Origin: Oscillospiraceae bacterium
GTDB taxonomy: Bacteria; Bacillota; Clostridia; Monoglobales; WRAG01
NCBI GenBank assembly: GCA_009780345.1
Contig: WRAG01000005.1
Location: forward strand, 2,377 to 66,376
DNA length: 64,000 nucleotides
Direction of reading: 5' to 3'
This document shows positions 7,916 to 19,800 of the stretch, one piece after another. A program made the position numbers and the translations under genes. Within the stretch, counting starts at the first letter, position 1; each line of letters begins with the position of its first letter. The notes beneath the pieces were generated by a model. The model ran no database searches. It was not told the DNA's origin and was given only the letters and a program-made list of their open reading frames with translations.

Positions 7916-10135
7916 GTGAAAAAATTGGTTAGTATGGCAATGATTTGCTGTATGTTGCTTACGTTTTGGTCGTTAAACACAGCCGAGGCGAGAGCAGAAG
8001 AAAGGCAGATTAGCATAACACGCCCAACTATTGCGGCGGGAAGAAGTACAAGCTTTGTCATACAAGAGAACGGAAGTTTGTGGGGTTGGGGCTGGAACTC
8101 CGAGGGGCAAGTTGGCTTTGGCATAGCCGGAGGAAATCAATCATACCCTGTATGGATAATGGACGATGTTGTTGCTGTTTCTGCCGGAGATAGCCATACA
8201 ATGGCTATTAGAAGTGATGGCACTTTGTGGGGTTGGGGCAATAACGAACACGGACGAATTGGCGATGGCACAGTAACAATACGAGAAAGCATAAATATTA
8301 TAGAAAATAACAACCGTTATTATCCTGTTTTCATTATGGATAATGTAATTGCCGTTTCTGCTTGTATTAGAGCTACGTTGGCGATTAGAAACGATGGAAG
8401 TTTATGGCATTGGGGAAACTATGGTTGGAGTGGTGGCAGAGGCTCAATTTTACCTGTTAGAATAGCAAGTGATGCAGTTTCGCTTACTGCTTGCGGTTCT
8501 GCAATTATGGCAGACGGTAGCATACGAGGGCGTATAAGAACTACTGAAATGCCTGATAATGCGATTTATTTTTCGACAGGATATTGGCAAGCACATTCAA
8601 TGGCAATCACAGCCGATAATAACCTTTGGGGTTGGGGCAGTAATCAGTTTGGCAGAATTGGTGATGGTACGGCAACGATATACGGAGAGCCTATTAACAA
8701 CAGAGTTAATGTACTTGAAAATAACGACCGTGATTATCCTGTGAGAATAATGGACGATGTAGCTATTGTTTCAACAGGAAATCAGCATACAGTAGCGATT
8801 AGATACGATGGAACTCTTTGGTCTTGGGGCGATGGGCGGCTAGTTGGTAACGGCGATGATGAAGACCAACACAGTCCTGTGAAAATTATGGAAAATATGG
8901 TTGCTGTTGTAACTGGAGAAATCTATACAATGGCGCTTAGAAATGACGGCGCACTTTGGGGTTGGGGCGCAAATGGATTGAGCCAACTTGGCACGGATAC
9001 AATCGGACACAGCGATAGTCCAATGCTCATTATAGAAAACGTTATGTTGCCACACATCGAAATTATTACTCTTGTTCCTCCTGCGCCAATAGTTGCAGAA
9101 CCAACTGCCTCACGCGTTCTTATAAATAACGAAGAAGTGGCATTCCAAGCATATCATATCGAGGGTCACAACTTTTTCCGACTTCGTGATATTGCTTATG
9201 CTCTAAACGGCACAGTATCACAGTTTAATGTCGGTTGGGACGGAGTGAATAACGCAATCACGCTGACCACAGGCGAGGCTTACGAGCCTGTTGGCGGCGA
9301 AATGGTTAATACAAGCACAGTAGCAACAATTGCCATATCTACAAATGCGGCAATATTTGTTGACGGTGTAAGAATGAATTTTACTGCATACCATATCAAT
9401 GGCAATAACTATTTTATGCTCCGTGACCTCGGACGAGAATTAGATTTCTTTGTTCAATGGGACCATGAAGAAAATGCCATAAATATATTCACACCAAATT
9501 GGTGGGGGGATTTATGGGCTGAACAGTTGCAGGAGGAAGCACGAGCAGAGGCATATGCAATAGGGGAATTTTTGAGGGAGTTAGAAGAAATGTTATCCGC
9601 TCCTGAATATGGCGAGTCTGTTGTTCTTGTGAACGGCTATACCGCTGTTACTCGTAGAAGTGTTGAGCGTTCAAAACGAACACTTGAACATTTTACGCAT
9701 ATGACCATTACATTAGAAGAAAGCATATTTACGATGATTAGAGATGAAGTTGCGCTCCAAGAGGCACGGCGATTAGGATTACAACCGTCGCAAGAGCGAA
9801 TTGACGAATATTTGGCAATGATTACTGAGATGTTAGACGATGCTGACGACTGGGAGTTAGCTATGTTTATTGGGCAAGGAGTAACAAGAGAAGAGTTTTT
9901 AGCCGCACAGAAAGAATTGGCATATGATATGTTTTTGAGAGAGGCGTTGTGGTTGCTTGTTTATGAGGAGCAACAAACAATCATAGATGACGATACACTT
10001 TTTGGGCTTATCTATAATATGAACGCTATGGACGAATTATGGGATATATTCACTCGTGAATTGATAAGCAGGGCGAATATTGAGTTTTTATGTCCTGAAA
10101 TTCGCGCGATTTTCCCTGATGATTATTTTAGATAA
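7916..10135 (+). CDS. Secreted RCC1-repeat (beta-propeller) protein with two stalk (CuAO-N-like) domains and a helical C-terminal domain
   Basis: At least five RCC1-type repeats are visible (GSLWGWGWNSEGQVG, GTLWGWGNNEHGRIGDG, NNLWGWGSNQFGRIGDG, GTLWSWGDGRLVGNGD, GALWGWGANGLSQLG). They are followed by FQAYHIEGHNFFRLRDIAYALN and FTAYHINGNNYFMLRDLGREL. A signal peptide is present. TAGGAG lies 9 nt upstream of the GTG at 7916 (the track start is a TTG at 7907). Confidence 0.75.
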   Translation: MKKLVSMAMICCMLLTFWSLNTAEARAEERQISITRPTIAAGRSTSFVIQENGSLWGWGWNSEGQVGFGIAGGNQSYPVWIMDDVVAVSAGDSHTMAIRSDGTLWGWGNNEHGRIGDGTVTIRESINIIENNNRYYPVFIMDNVIAVSACIRATLAIRNDGSLWHWGNYGWSGGRGSILPVRIASDAVSLTACGSAIMADGSIRGRIRTTEMPDNAIYFSTGYWQAHSMAITADNNLWGWGSNQFGRIGDGTATIYGEPINNRVNVLENNDRDYPVRIMDDVAIVSTGNQHTVAIRYDGTLWSWGDGRLVGNGDDEDQHSPVKIMENMVAVVTGEIYTMALRNDGALWGWGANGLSQLGTDTIGHSDSPMLIIENVMLPHIEIITLVPPAPIVAEPTASRVLINNEEVAFQAYHIEGHNFFRLRDIAYALNGTVSQFNVGWDGVNNAITLTTGEAYEPVGGEMVNTSTVATIAISTNAAIFVDGVRMNFTAYHINGNNYFMLRDLGRELDFFVQWDHEENAINIFTPNWWGDLWAEQLQEEARAEAYAIGEFLRELEEMLSAPEYGESVVLVNGYTAVTRRSVERSKRTLEHFTHMTITLEESIFTMIRDEVALQEARRLGLQPSQERIDEYLAMITEMLDDADDWELAMFIGQGVTREEFLAAQKELAYDMFLREALWLLVYEEQQTIIDDDTLFGLIYNMNAMDELWDIFTRELISRANIEFLCPEIRAIFPDDYFR

Positions 10136-10247
10136 TACTCAAATACAGCCGAGTTAATTATCCAACCACTAAAAAATATATTAAATATCCACTCTGCTTG
10201 TCTACAAACGAGCGTTATTCAGAAAACACCCCTCAAACCGCCTAATA

Positions 10248-10541
10248 TCAAGATTTTGAACAAATAAAATTGCAAATCCCCACAATCCTTACTCTCATAT
10301 TGAACTTCTTGCCTTGCGGGTTCTCCGTCCGACCAAATAAGTAATCGAGCGACACATCATAATAATCTGCCAATGATACAACGACTGCAAACGGAGCCTC
10401 CGAAAAGCCGTGTTCGTAGCGATTGACCGCCGCTTGTGATACGTTCAAAATTCCTGCCATTTTCACTTAGGTAAGTCCCACGCCTTTCCTTAATTGCGTG
10501 ATGCGATAAGCAAATTCGAGATTTGGTGTTAATTTTATCAA
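10248..10541 (-). pseudogene. XRE-family HTH regulator with an in-frame nonsense codon (mobile-element type)
   Basis: From the TTG at 10541 it reads MIKLTPNLEFAYRITQLRKGVGLT-TAA-VKMAGILNVSQAAVNRYEHG...DYLFGRTENP. The TAA at 10467-10469 sits where the HTH consensus has Gln (CAA). Confidence 0.6.
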
Positions 10542-10561
10542 ATTCCATCACTATTTTTCTA

Positions 10562-10589
10562 TTGACAATATTTTGGGCTATGATAAAAT
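10562..10589 (+). promoter_or_regulatory. Promoter divergent from the XRE pseudogene
   Basis: TTGACA, a 16-nt spacer, then TGaTAAAAT (extended -10), upstream of the small ORF at 10613. Confidence 0.4.
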
Positions 10590-10612
10590 ATTATGTGGGA
10601 GGAGGGCAAAAT

Positions 10613-10744
10613 TTGAAAATACCGCAACACGAAATGGCAAGATTAGCCCGCTGCTTATTGCCGGAGATACATAAATTTTTCCAAAGTGAAGAGGGCAAGC
10701 GGGAATTTGAAGAATGGGAGGAGGCGCAAAAAGAGAAGAAATAA
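10613..10744 (+). CDS. Small acidic protein typical of clostridial integrative-element cargo
   Basis: GGGAGGAGGG lies 6 nt upstream of the TTG start. The product is (M)KIPQHEMARLARCLLPEIHKFFQSEEGKREFEEWEEAQKEKK. The upstream part of the 73-aa track ORF is non-coding read-through. Confidence 0.4.
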   Translation: MKIPQHEMARLARCLLPEIHKFFQSEEGKREFEEWEEAQKEKK

Positions 10745-10860
10745 CGAAAAAGAACGGTAAATATCTGAATATATATATCATCTGTATGGGTTGCCGTTCC
10801 TTTTCGTTATTTCACTCATTTGTAGCGGATTTAGGTTTATAGCGTGGAATATAATAGAAA

Positions 10861-10890
10861 AACCGTAAGCGTAATACTTACGGCTTTTCT
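10861..10890 (+). terminator. Rho-independent-like hairpin, possibly bidirectional
   Basis: ccgtaag-N7-cttacgg, flanked by an A-run upstream and cttttctt downstream. Confidence 0.4.
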
Positions 10891-10981
10891 TCGTTTAGCT
10901 TTACAAAATGGGTGAGTTTGCCGCAACGCATTCCCAATAATTAACTGAGCCGTTAACTATTTTAATCTGGCTCAAAACAGT

Positions 10982-12289
10982 TTACGGTTTGTAAACAAAT
11001 ACATCAACCACAGCCGCCAAACTGCCCGTATTCGCGACAGAAAATGGAGTATCTTCAGCTATTATAATATAGCCACCTACAGTTGTTATAGGCGCGCCGT
11101 TTACCGTTACTGCGCCCGAGACTAACTCAACCCTAACTTGGCGAGCAAAGCTGAAAACACTCGGGTTATTATCATACACCGGATTTCTCGCTACCACTGC
11201 CGTACGCGTAATGCTATCTCCAGCAGGCACAGTAATTGCTCCGACAACAGGAGTACCACCTGTAAGTTCCAAAAGATAAATCGGAATTATATTCCAACCG
11301 TCAGCTCGGTCGGTAATAGCAAAATGTATTTGGCTGCCGTTAAAGTTGTTTGCACCTACAGTTGCAAGAGAGTTAAGAGTTGAAACATTTGTCGGCGCAT
11401 ACAAAATTGCAGCAGCGGCCGCTGCGATACCGGTTCTGAAATTATTAAAAGTATTATCTTCTACCGTTACAACCGAGTTATCCCAAATAACAACTCCGTT
11501 AGGAACATAACCCAATGCAGGATCCATTGATAGCGTGTAATTCGCATTGAATTCAGAGTCAACAACACTTCCGGTAGAAGTTCCGTAGAACGCAACACCG
11601 CGTCTTGATGTATTTTCAATAAGAGAATCAGTAACGTTAACTTCACTATTGACTACAAATATACCTGCCGAGCTTTGTTCATTCGGGTGACCCGGATTAA
11701 CGATATTTCTAACAATAACGTTAGCCATGTCTACTTCTGAATTGCCGTCAACAGCTATACCGGCTATACCGATTGACGGTATTTGGTTAAAGTTTGACGC
11801 ACCCTCAATAGTGATTCCGTCAAGAACGACGCCTGTCGCATTTCTGATTAACAACATAGGCGTAACTACGTGCGTTGGAGTTCCTGCCACAGCTGTGCCA
11901 TTTGTAGCCGTTAACGGAGAAGCTCCGAAACCGTCAAATACAATAGTTGCAACCGCGGTCGCACTATATGCTCCGATTGTAATCCAATCATTATCAATTA
12001 CAAATTGTGTGCCCGCAAATGCGTCAGGGTCAGCCGCTCCGTTATACACGCCGCCAACTCTTCCGTCCAATAAAATAACAAACGGATTCGTCGCTGTTCC
12101 TTGTGTTGCTTCCGGCGAAGCCAAAGCCGCAGTTAACTGTGCCGCATTATGCACAACTGTCGCATTTGTTTCAAACGTTACCGTAATAACATTTGAAACC
12201 CTAAGCGCGTGCGCATTCACTCCAAGCACCATTACCAACGCAACTACAAATGCTAATAACCTTACTGTTCTTTTTACTGTTCTTTTCAT
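10982..12289 (-). CDS. Secreted right-handed parallel beta-helix repeat protein
   Basis: A signal peptide is present (LLAFVVALVMVLGVNAHA). Periodic beta-helix rungs are visible (NVIVRNIVNPG..AGIFVVNSEVNVTDSLIENTSRRGVAFYGTSTGSVVDSEFNAN...VVIWDNSVVTVEDNTFNNF). Confidence 0.55.
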   Translation of the reverse strand: MKRTVKRTVRLLAFVVALVMVLGVNAHALRVSNVITVTFETNATVVHNAAQLTAALASPEATQGTATNPFVILLDGRVGGVYNGAADPDAFAGTQFVIDNDWITIGAYSATAVATIVFDGFGASPLTATNGTAVAGTPTHVVTPMLLIRNATGVVLDGITIEGASNFNQIPSIGIAGIAVDGNSEVDMANVIVRNIVNPGHPNEQSSAGIFVVNSEVNVTDSLIENTSRRGVAFYGTSTGSVVDSEFNANYTLSMDPALGYVPNGVVIWDNSVVTVEDNTFNNFRTGIAAAAAAILYAPTNVSTLNSLATVGANNFNGSQIHFAITDRADGWNIIPIYLLELTGGTPVVGAITVPAGDSITRTAVVARNPVYDNNPSVFSFARQVRVELVSGAVTVNGAPITTVGGYIIIAEDTPFSVANTGSLAAVVDVFVYKP

Positions 12290-12349
12290 TTGATTACCTC
12301 TTTCTTTCTTAAAAATTTATTATAATTTTTTATTTTTGCAATCTTTGAT

Positions 12350-13693
12350 CTACCTGTCAATATGTACGTCAAATTCATATGTTCCCAGAGTATTAAAGTT
12401 TACAGTAAGCGGAATGCTGATATAAGCTCCTGTAATGTTAAAATTGCTTGTGGTAAATATTCCATTTAAGAACAGCAAGGGCGTACTTTCCGACATAATT
12501 GCCACATCATAAGAAGTAACAGGATTTCCTGCCAATGTAACGCGTATTACAAACCTCAAATTAGTGAAAATACCGTCAAATCCTTGTAAGTGACTAAGCT
12601 CGCTATGTCTTGGAATGTCCGCGCGAATGCTCCAAGCGTATTTCTCGCCGTAATTGTATATTCTTGTTGTGATATTGTTCGCTTCAAGCAATTCTATAGA
12701 CGGTATGCCGACAAATGCAGCCGAGCCGCTTGTTGATGATAATCTCATCCTATATTGTTCGCCAACATACATTGGCGTAATAAGCACAATAACAGAACTG
12801 CCGCCGGATTCGATATGTATGGCTAATATTTGAACTTCCGCGCCGACTTCCGACTCAAAATTAATTGTCGGTAAATTCGCGGTCGTCAAATTTCTATCGA
12901 ACGTTATCCTAATCGCATATCCGGTCATCACTTCAAAGCCCGTCATAACCGCCGGTTGCGCAGAAGGTGGTTGTTGCTGTTGCCCGCCTCCGCCGCCCGC
13001 ATTTCCGCCTCCACCGCCTAGTATGGGTGGCAATATCACCGGTGGCGTGGCGTCATTGTTGGTCATTTCCAAAGCGGAAAATCTCATCAAAAACGCAACT
13101 ACCTCTGCACGGGTGATATAACTGTCCATACGCAATGTCGCGTCATAAAAGCCTCTGAGCACATCTAATTCCACAAAATGTGATACATGTCTGTTGTACG
13201 GATAAGATATGTAAGCCGCGTCTTCAAACAATGTATATAGCACCGATGTATCAGTATCGATATCGGGAGATATGATACGATATGTCATAGTTGTAAGCCG
13301 TAATCTCGTCAAGTTTGTATTTGGTCCGAAACTTCCGTCGCCGAATCCTACGATATATCCGTAATTCGTGGCAACCATTACATAATTATAAAACCAGTCG
13401 TATTCAGAAACATCTGTAAAACCGCGTTCTCCTTCAGCGAACAGATTAAAGAACCTGTTTAAAATTACCACCATTTCAGCGCGCGTAATGTTACCGTCCG
13501 GTCTGAACGTATTATCGTAGTATCCTACAACTATCTGATTTTCCATAGCTGCGATTATATAATTTTCCGCCCAATGTCCGGATATATCGCTAAATGTGAT
13601 ATCAGCATTAGCAAATGTCGGCATTGGAACCGTTAGCGTAAACAAAAATCCAAGCAATATCAGCACAATTTTGTTTCTCATTTCAACTTTCAT
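12350..13693 (-). CDS. SLH-domain cell-wall-anchored protein with three N-terminal SLH repeats, a Gly/Gln linker and an Ig-like C-terminal region
   Basis: SLH motifs are FSDISGHWAENYIIAAMENQIVVGYYDNTFRPDGNITRAEMVVILNRF, FTDVSEYDWFYNYVMVA..GFGDGSFGPNTNLTR and ...LRMDSYITRAEVVAFLMRF. The linker is GGGGGNAGGGGGQQQQPP. The start is placed at the Met preceding the signal peptide. Confidence 0.75.
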   Translation of the reverse strand: MKVEMRNKIVLILLGFLFTLTVPMPTFANADITFSDISGHWAENYIIAAMENQIVVGYYDNTFRPDGNITRAEMVVILNRFFNLFAEGERGFTDVSEYDWFYNYVMVATNYGYIVGFGDGSFGPNTNLTRLRLTTMTYRIISPDIDTDTSVLYTLFEDAAYISYPYNRHVSHFVELDVLRGFYDATLRMDSYITRAEVVAFLMRFSALEMTNNDATPPVILPPILGGGGGNAGGGGGQQQQPPSAQPAVMTGFEVMTGYAIRITFDRNLTTANLPTINFESEVGAEVQILAIHIESGGSSVIVLITPMYVGEQYRMRLSSTSGSAAFVGIPSIELLEANNITTRIYNYGEKYAWSIRADIPRHSELSHLQGFDGIFTNLRFVIRVTLAGNPVTSYDVAIMSESTPLLFLNGIFTTSNFNITGAYISIPLTVNFNTLGTYEFDVHIDR

Positions 13694-13815
13694 CTCATTT
13701 CTATACCAGATTTGCGAATATGGGGCATAGCCAGCCGGTCGTGTCTTGCTGCCTCGCTCTGTTGTCTGATTTTCCGTCAAGCTTTACGAAAATATAGCCC
13801 TATTCTATCTTTCTA

Positions 13816-16800
13816 TTAATAAATAGTAATTTCAAGCCTTTCCATTGGGCCTATACTTGCCCTAACTGCCGCAAGGTCAGCGCCATCAATGCCATCTCTT
13901 TCATTGATATCCATCGCCATCGCCATACCGCCTGTCACTGCGAAATTAGTTGCAGCACCTCTAATCATTATGTAGTCAAAAATACCAATTGCATTCGCAT
14001 CCCCAAACGCGCCGGGGAACAACCAAAATACATCGGTATTTGGTTGGCCGTGCTGCGGCTGCGCTTCATATGATGAAAGCGTAATCTCTCCCGCGGCATA
14101 AGCAGGTAATGTAAGCCGCACTTGAAGATCGCGATACAATTCATAACGTAATGTTCCGCCGTTGTCGTATCTTCTTGCCATACGGATGTAGAATATTGTT
14201 TCTTCATTAATTTCATCACGAATGGGAAGCTCAAATCTGCCGTCGTTATTAGTGTAAACTGCTGCTTCTAGCGGAGTTCTTGCATTAAACGCTGCTGCAT
14301 TCGCATAAACAGTAACTCTGATTCCATAATCAACATCAGGCCTCACACCACTTCCGCCGGACGATACACGCAATTTGTGCGCAAGGCGAACAGTTCCGAC
14401 AATTACCAGAGGTCCCGTCGCAGCTTCTCTTAGGACAACGTTCAAACGCTGCGCTCTTTCCGCGTCCGCCGCCGGCACCGCTACACTTCGATTCAAATAC
14501 CCACTTGAATTTACCATTACGCTTCCTGTAAACGCGCGCTCACTTTCCGCTATCCATACGTTTTCTGCGTTCGTAAACTCTGTCGTACCATGTGTTACCT
14601 CAGAATTTACAACCGCGCTTGCCGGCGTGACGCTTACTATCAATATATATCCAAGATTTATATCACTCGCACTAAGCTCAATATTCGTATGTGCCGTTTC
14701 ATTCGCAACTACCGGTGAACTCACTGTTGCCGCATGGAAATACGGTGCTCTCGCTATCAATGTATATGTGCCGGGAACTACGTTCACAAAATGGTAAAAT
14801 CCGTTAGAATCCGCTATCGCTACTGCTTCACTTCCATCTGCGCTAACTTTCGTTACTATTGCTCCGCCCAGCCCTGCAACCGTTCGACTTCCCGTCTCTG
14901 CAGCTGTGACGCGCCCAACAATACTGCCATAGCCTTCATTACTCTCTACCACCGACAACGGAATTTCTACAAATGCAATCAAGCCATTCTCACTGAAATG
15001 AGCCTCGGTCAGCCGCACACTATTTTGGAAGAAATCCGGCGCATAGGCTCCAAAAACAACTGCTTCATCATCGCTTAAAGTGCCTGTCCAAAACTGTCCG
15101 GTTGCTCTCGACAAAGCTCCGTCCACCGTCCATACAGACGCATTCGGAACCTGCGCTCCATTTGCCGCATTTACAACATTGGCAATCAACATAAAACTGT
15201 CGTCCACAACATAATTTGCAGGATTAAGGAACACATTCGCCGTTGTAACCTTGCCCTCTTCAACTCTTGCAGGGTTCACCACCGACGTTCCTATCAATAT
15301 ATAACCATTTCCCAGGTCGTGCCGCGCAACAACTGTATAATACCCTTCCGCAAGATCTGCAACCTCAAAGTGTCCGTACACGTTTGTAGTTGTAGAAGTC
15401 GCAGTCCCCGGCGCAGATATAACCATAACATCCGCATTATTAATCGGATTTGTGGTCACGCCATTTGCGCCCAAAAATACCTGTCCGCTAATAATGCCCG
15501 AATAATCGTCAACCTCAATGGGTACAAGATTCATATTTATAAGAGCAAAATTTTCTGCGCCAAATCCAGCAACCGCAACATTATACCTAACTGGTCTATA
15601 TCCCGCCGCAGTCACCCAAACATATCCTAACAAATTCGCCCTATCAACAGACGTTCCTACAAACGTCCGATTATTTGCCGCGCTTGCTGCAATCGAATCT
15701 CCGTTAAGCGTTACCGAAATCGCCGTAGAAGCTGTGCCTTTAACAAACACTATAAGCGAATATATCGTCTGCGCGTCATTTGGCGCTAAGTAAATATTCG
15801 CAATTGCGCCCTCGTCCGCTTTCAACCCTACAACACTTTGCGGCGACACGCCCGAAATAAACCAGTCTGCCTCCGCCATAATAATATATCTTCCCGTCGG
15901 CAAAGTGCCAACCTCATAGCTATATTCCTCGCCATATTCATCTTCGCCGACGTTTATAATAACGCCCGCCCTAAAAAATCCGGTCGTATCCGCAGTCGCA
16001 GTTGTAACAACTTCACCGGTGACTTCATTAATAATAACAACGCGCGCATTCGAAATTCCGCCGCCCTCATAAATTGTCGGCGTTCGGTAAGTGTTGTCAG
16101 CCGTAGCCAAAACAAACCCTTGAATCGTTCCACTCATCGGAACTTTTCTATAAAGATACATGGTAACATAATTTTCATCATGATCCTCGGGCAAAATAAG
16201 TTTACCTCCAACAAACCCCGGCGCAGTCGCAGCGATTGTTTGCTCCGCCGCAACCCGAACATAAAATGTTCCGGGCATCGTACTCGTGCCAACCAAACGC
16301 GCAGGCCTTTCATTTACATACAAATTAGCATTCGGCAAAGGTAATTCCAAATATGTACCGTCCGGCAATTGCGTTCGACCCACAACCCGAACTTCCTGGA
16401 TTATCGCAGGTTCCAAAATAATATCAATAGGATAAAATCCGGGAGCATCTTCAAATTCTTCAAGCAAATCACCCAACACAAACGGATCGGAATCAACCCA
16501 CGAATTATTATGTGACTCAACCCAAACCGTCGAATTCAACGTAAGAAGTGTCGCGGTAAATACATTCGTCGCACGATTAACTGCGCCCGGTGTAATTTCA
16601 GAGTCGGCAATCATCAAATCAAACCGTTGATTAGCTCCCTCCGCCAAAACATTAATCGGATTAATCGGCACGCCATCATTATTCACTCCACCCCATGTAC
16701 GGAACTGAATATTCTGCACATGCAAGTCAGTTATGTCAATATCCAGCTCAAAATTTCCGCCGATAAGCATTAGGTCAGCCGAATTAAAGTAAAAATCCGT

Positions 16801-19800
16801 TCCAACAAATCCGGGCATTGTAACAACAATTCTATCGCCCACCATCACTCCGTTTAGCGCAAACCACGAAATGGTCGCCGCATTTGCATTACGTGCAAGC
16901 GGCGGTCGCGAACTTCCGTCGGTCGTAATTTCCCAACCTGTTCCCTCAGTATAAGCATATCTGATATCAGTTACAACAACGCTCGGAATATAAGAACCCG
17001 TCCAAGGCGCAGTTCCCAAAACCGAAATTCCGCGCGCCGCATCAGGATCAGGATTTTCCGACCGCACCCAAACACGAATATCCATAGCAACCCGCGTCAT
17101 TGGAATTTCCAACGTCACCTCTTCTCCTGCTTCCGCCGCCGCAATTTCGGCAAGCGTAAGGGAGCGTCCATTTACAGGCGCATAACCCACAGCGGTCACA
17201 CTCAACGCCGAAGCGTTTGCCGAAGGCGCACCTGTCATCCCCGCAGTTTCAGCGATAAAAATTCCCGGAGCATTTATAATATTCGCCGCTGCTGTAAAAT
17301 TAGTATGTGTAAATATCGCATGTCCAAGGGTTTCTCCCGTCACTTCGTCAACCGCAGTAATCGCAATTCTGTCACTAACCTCCATTGCGCTAAATCCAAC
17401 AACCCCTTGCGCGTTGATAACTCCCATAGAAGTGGTCGTGCTTGCCCCTTGATTAACGTCATTTGTGGTGTTGTTAGCAATATTTCGCGCCGCATGTGTA
17501 AAGTTTCCCGCATTTGGAATAGCAGGATGTCCCGCAGTCGCGGCAACATTACTATTTGCCGCAGCGCCTGTTGCGATATGATGAGGGTTAAAAACTCTTG
17601 TTCCCGTTCCAAGAGGTGAGCCCGGCGCACCTGAAACTCCGGCAAAATGCGCATGACTGCCGGCCCCTGTCCCATTCGTCCCCAACATAGGCGCATCCAT
17701 AGCAAACGCATGCGTGTTCGTGCTTCCGCCAATCCGAATTGAATTAAAAAACGGAAGCGGATGAACACCGCCCGTTTGCCAAGCTAAAAACGGATAAGTT
17801 CTTCTATATTCGCCATCTAAATCTCCTGCAAAATTAAGCAACCAAGTTGGATTTCCATCAATTACTGAAGTCCCGTCAAATCCGGGAATCAATCCGCTGG
17901 TAAGCAACTCTGTGCTAACCGCATTAATCCCTGTCCGCGCCTGTTGTCTCCTCACGTCCGCACGAGCACGGTTCAGAATCGTAGTAGTTGTTCCTGTTTG
18001 CGGCGTTCGCGGTGTAGTTGTAGTATCGACATAAACATCTGAAAATGACAATCCGGAAACAGGACGTGACGTACCGTTACCGCTTACTGCAACAGCAACG
18101 CCGCCGTCATTGGCAGAGCCGCTTGCGCGTCCGCCCCACGAGCCCGAAACAAACGCACGGCGAATCGTTGTCGGCCCACTTGAATTCATTCCAAGGATAC
18201 CCGCACCCGCACGACCATTCTCAGCAGTTCGCACGCTGCTAACCGCGCCGATATTATACACATCTTCTATTATCATAGAACCTTCGTTCCGTCCCACAAG
18301 ACCGCCGACATTAAATCCGGGCTGACTCACATATCCCGAGTTAAAACTCTCGCGGATAACCGACCCCGCTGTCACACTTCTTCCCACAAGGCCACCAACC
18401 GCCGTATTCGTTACTGTCGTTCCGCGCAACCCACGAATTACACCGGTATTTCCGCTTCGTTCAAGCAAAAATCCCGTCTGTGCCGTTCGACCGACAATAC
18501 CACCGGCATTCATAGCAGCGCCGGGTTCAACAATAGTAATCCGCCCATGATTCATCGCATATCGAATTCTAACATCCGGCGAATTTGACCAACCGATAAT
18601 GCCGCCGGCAAGTCTGTTCGCACGAACATTCCCCATATTGGTCGCATGCGTTATATACGTTCTCGCGCTAGCAACATTTCCGATAACGCCAACAATTCCG
18701 CCCGCCTGACGAGTAGCCGTGCCCCTTCCCGCCACAGTATTCGCTGTATTAGTATCATTTCCAATCGTTCCGCTATTCGAAACATTCGTCAAATGCGCGC
18801 GCCGTTGCGACGCCGCAACCGTCGTGGGCCATGCAATATACCCGACAATGCCGCCAAGACGATTTGAATTTGACCTGCCAAGCGCCGCCGAAGCGTTACT
18901 TCCCTCACCTCGATTAATAATATTGGCAAAATTGTGCGCATTTGTAATAGTTACATTATTTGCCGTCCGTCCGACAATCCCGCCGACATTCGAAATTCCT
19001 GCAGGATGGTTATGCGTAACCATCCCTTGGTTCCACGCCCCGTCAATAGTCGTCGGACCTTCAATAACCCCAACAATACCACCGATAAAGTTCCCGTTAT
19101 CTACCAAATGTTCGATATTCGCTCTATTCCGAACATTAGTAAGCGTGGCTGTCGTCCCAATCCGCCCGACAATACCTCCCGCTCGTGCATTGGCTATGTG
19201 CGTTGTCAAAGTTCCAAGTCTTTCGCCCACCGCTGCGTCCGCCAATCCCGTATTCGAATCGATAATGGTAAGCGATCCGGTAGTACCTGTCCATCCGACA
19301 ATCCCTCCCGCAAACTCACGTGCACGGATTTGTGTTCCGCGAACGGTAGTGTCTGCTATACTGGTATTCCCCGCTTCCATACGTCCAAGAACTCCGCCCG
19401 CTGACGTCGCCATATTTGCGTTACTTGTATTCCCTGACCCGCGAATTTGTATGTTAACAGTATTTGTCTCTTGATTGTATGTCGTAATATTAAGCGTTCC
19501 ATTTGACGAGCCGACAAGTCCGCCAACGCTTTGCGTTCGTCCCGCCTGATTGTGCATATCAAGGTTCGCAACCGAAACGTCAATAATGTCAAGTCTTGCC
19601 CCCGAATCAACTCCGCCGACAAGTCCGCCGATATGCTTGTTGGTCGTAGTACTCGCACGATTCATGCGCATAACTGTCATTCCCGTAAGGTGAACATTTT
19701 CTACAATAACAGGGAATCCTGAAGCATTCGGAACAACACGTCCGATAACCATACCAATTCGCCCCTGAGCCGCGTCCCAACCACCGGTGTTATTCGCGGC

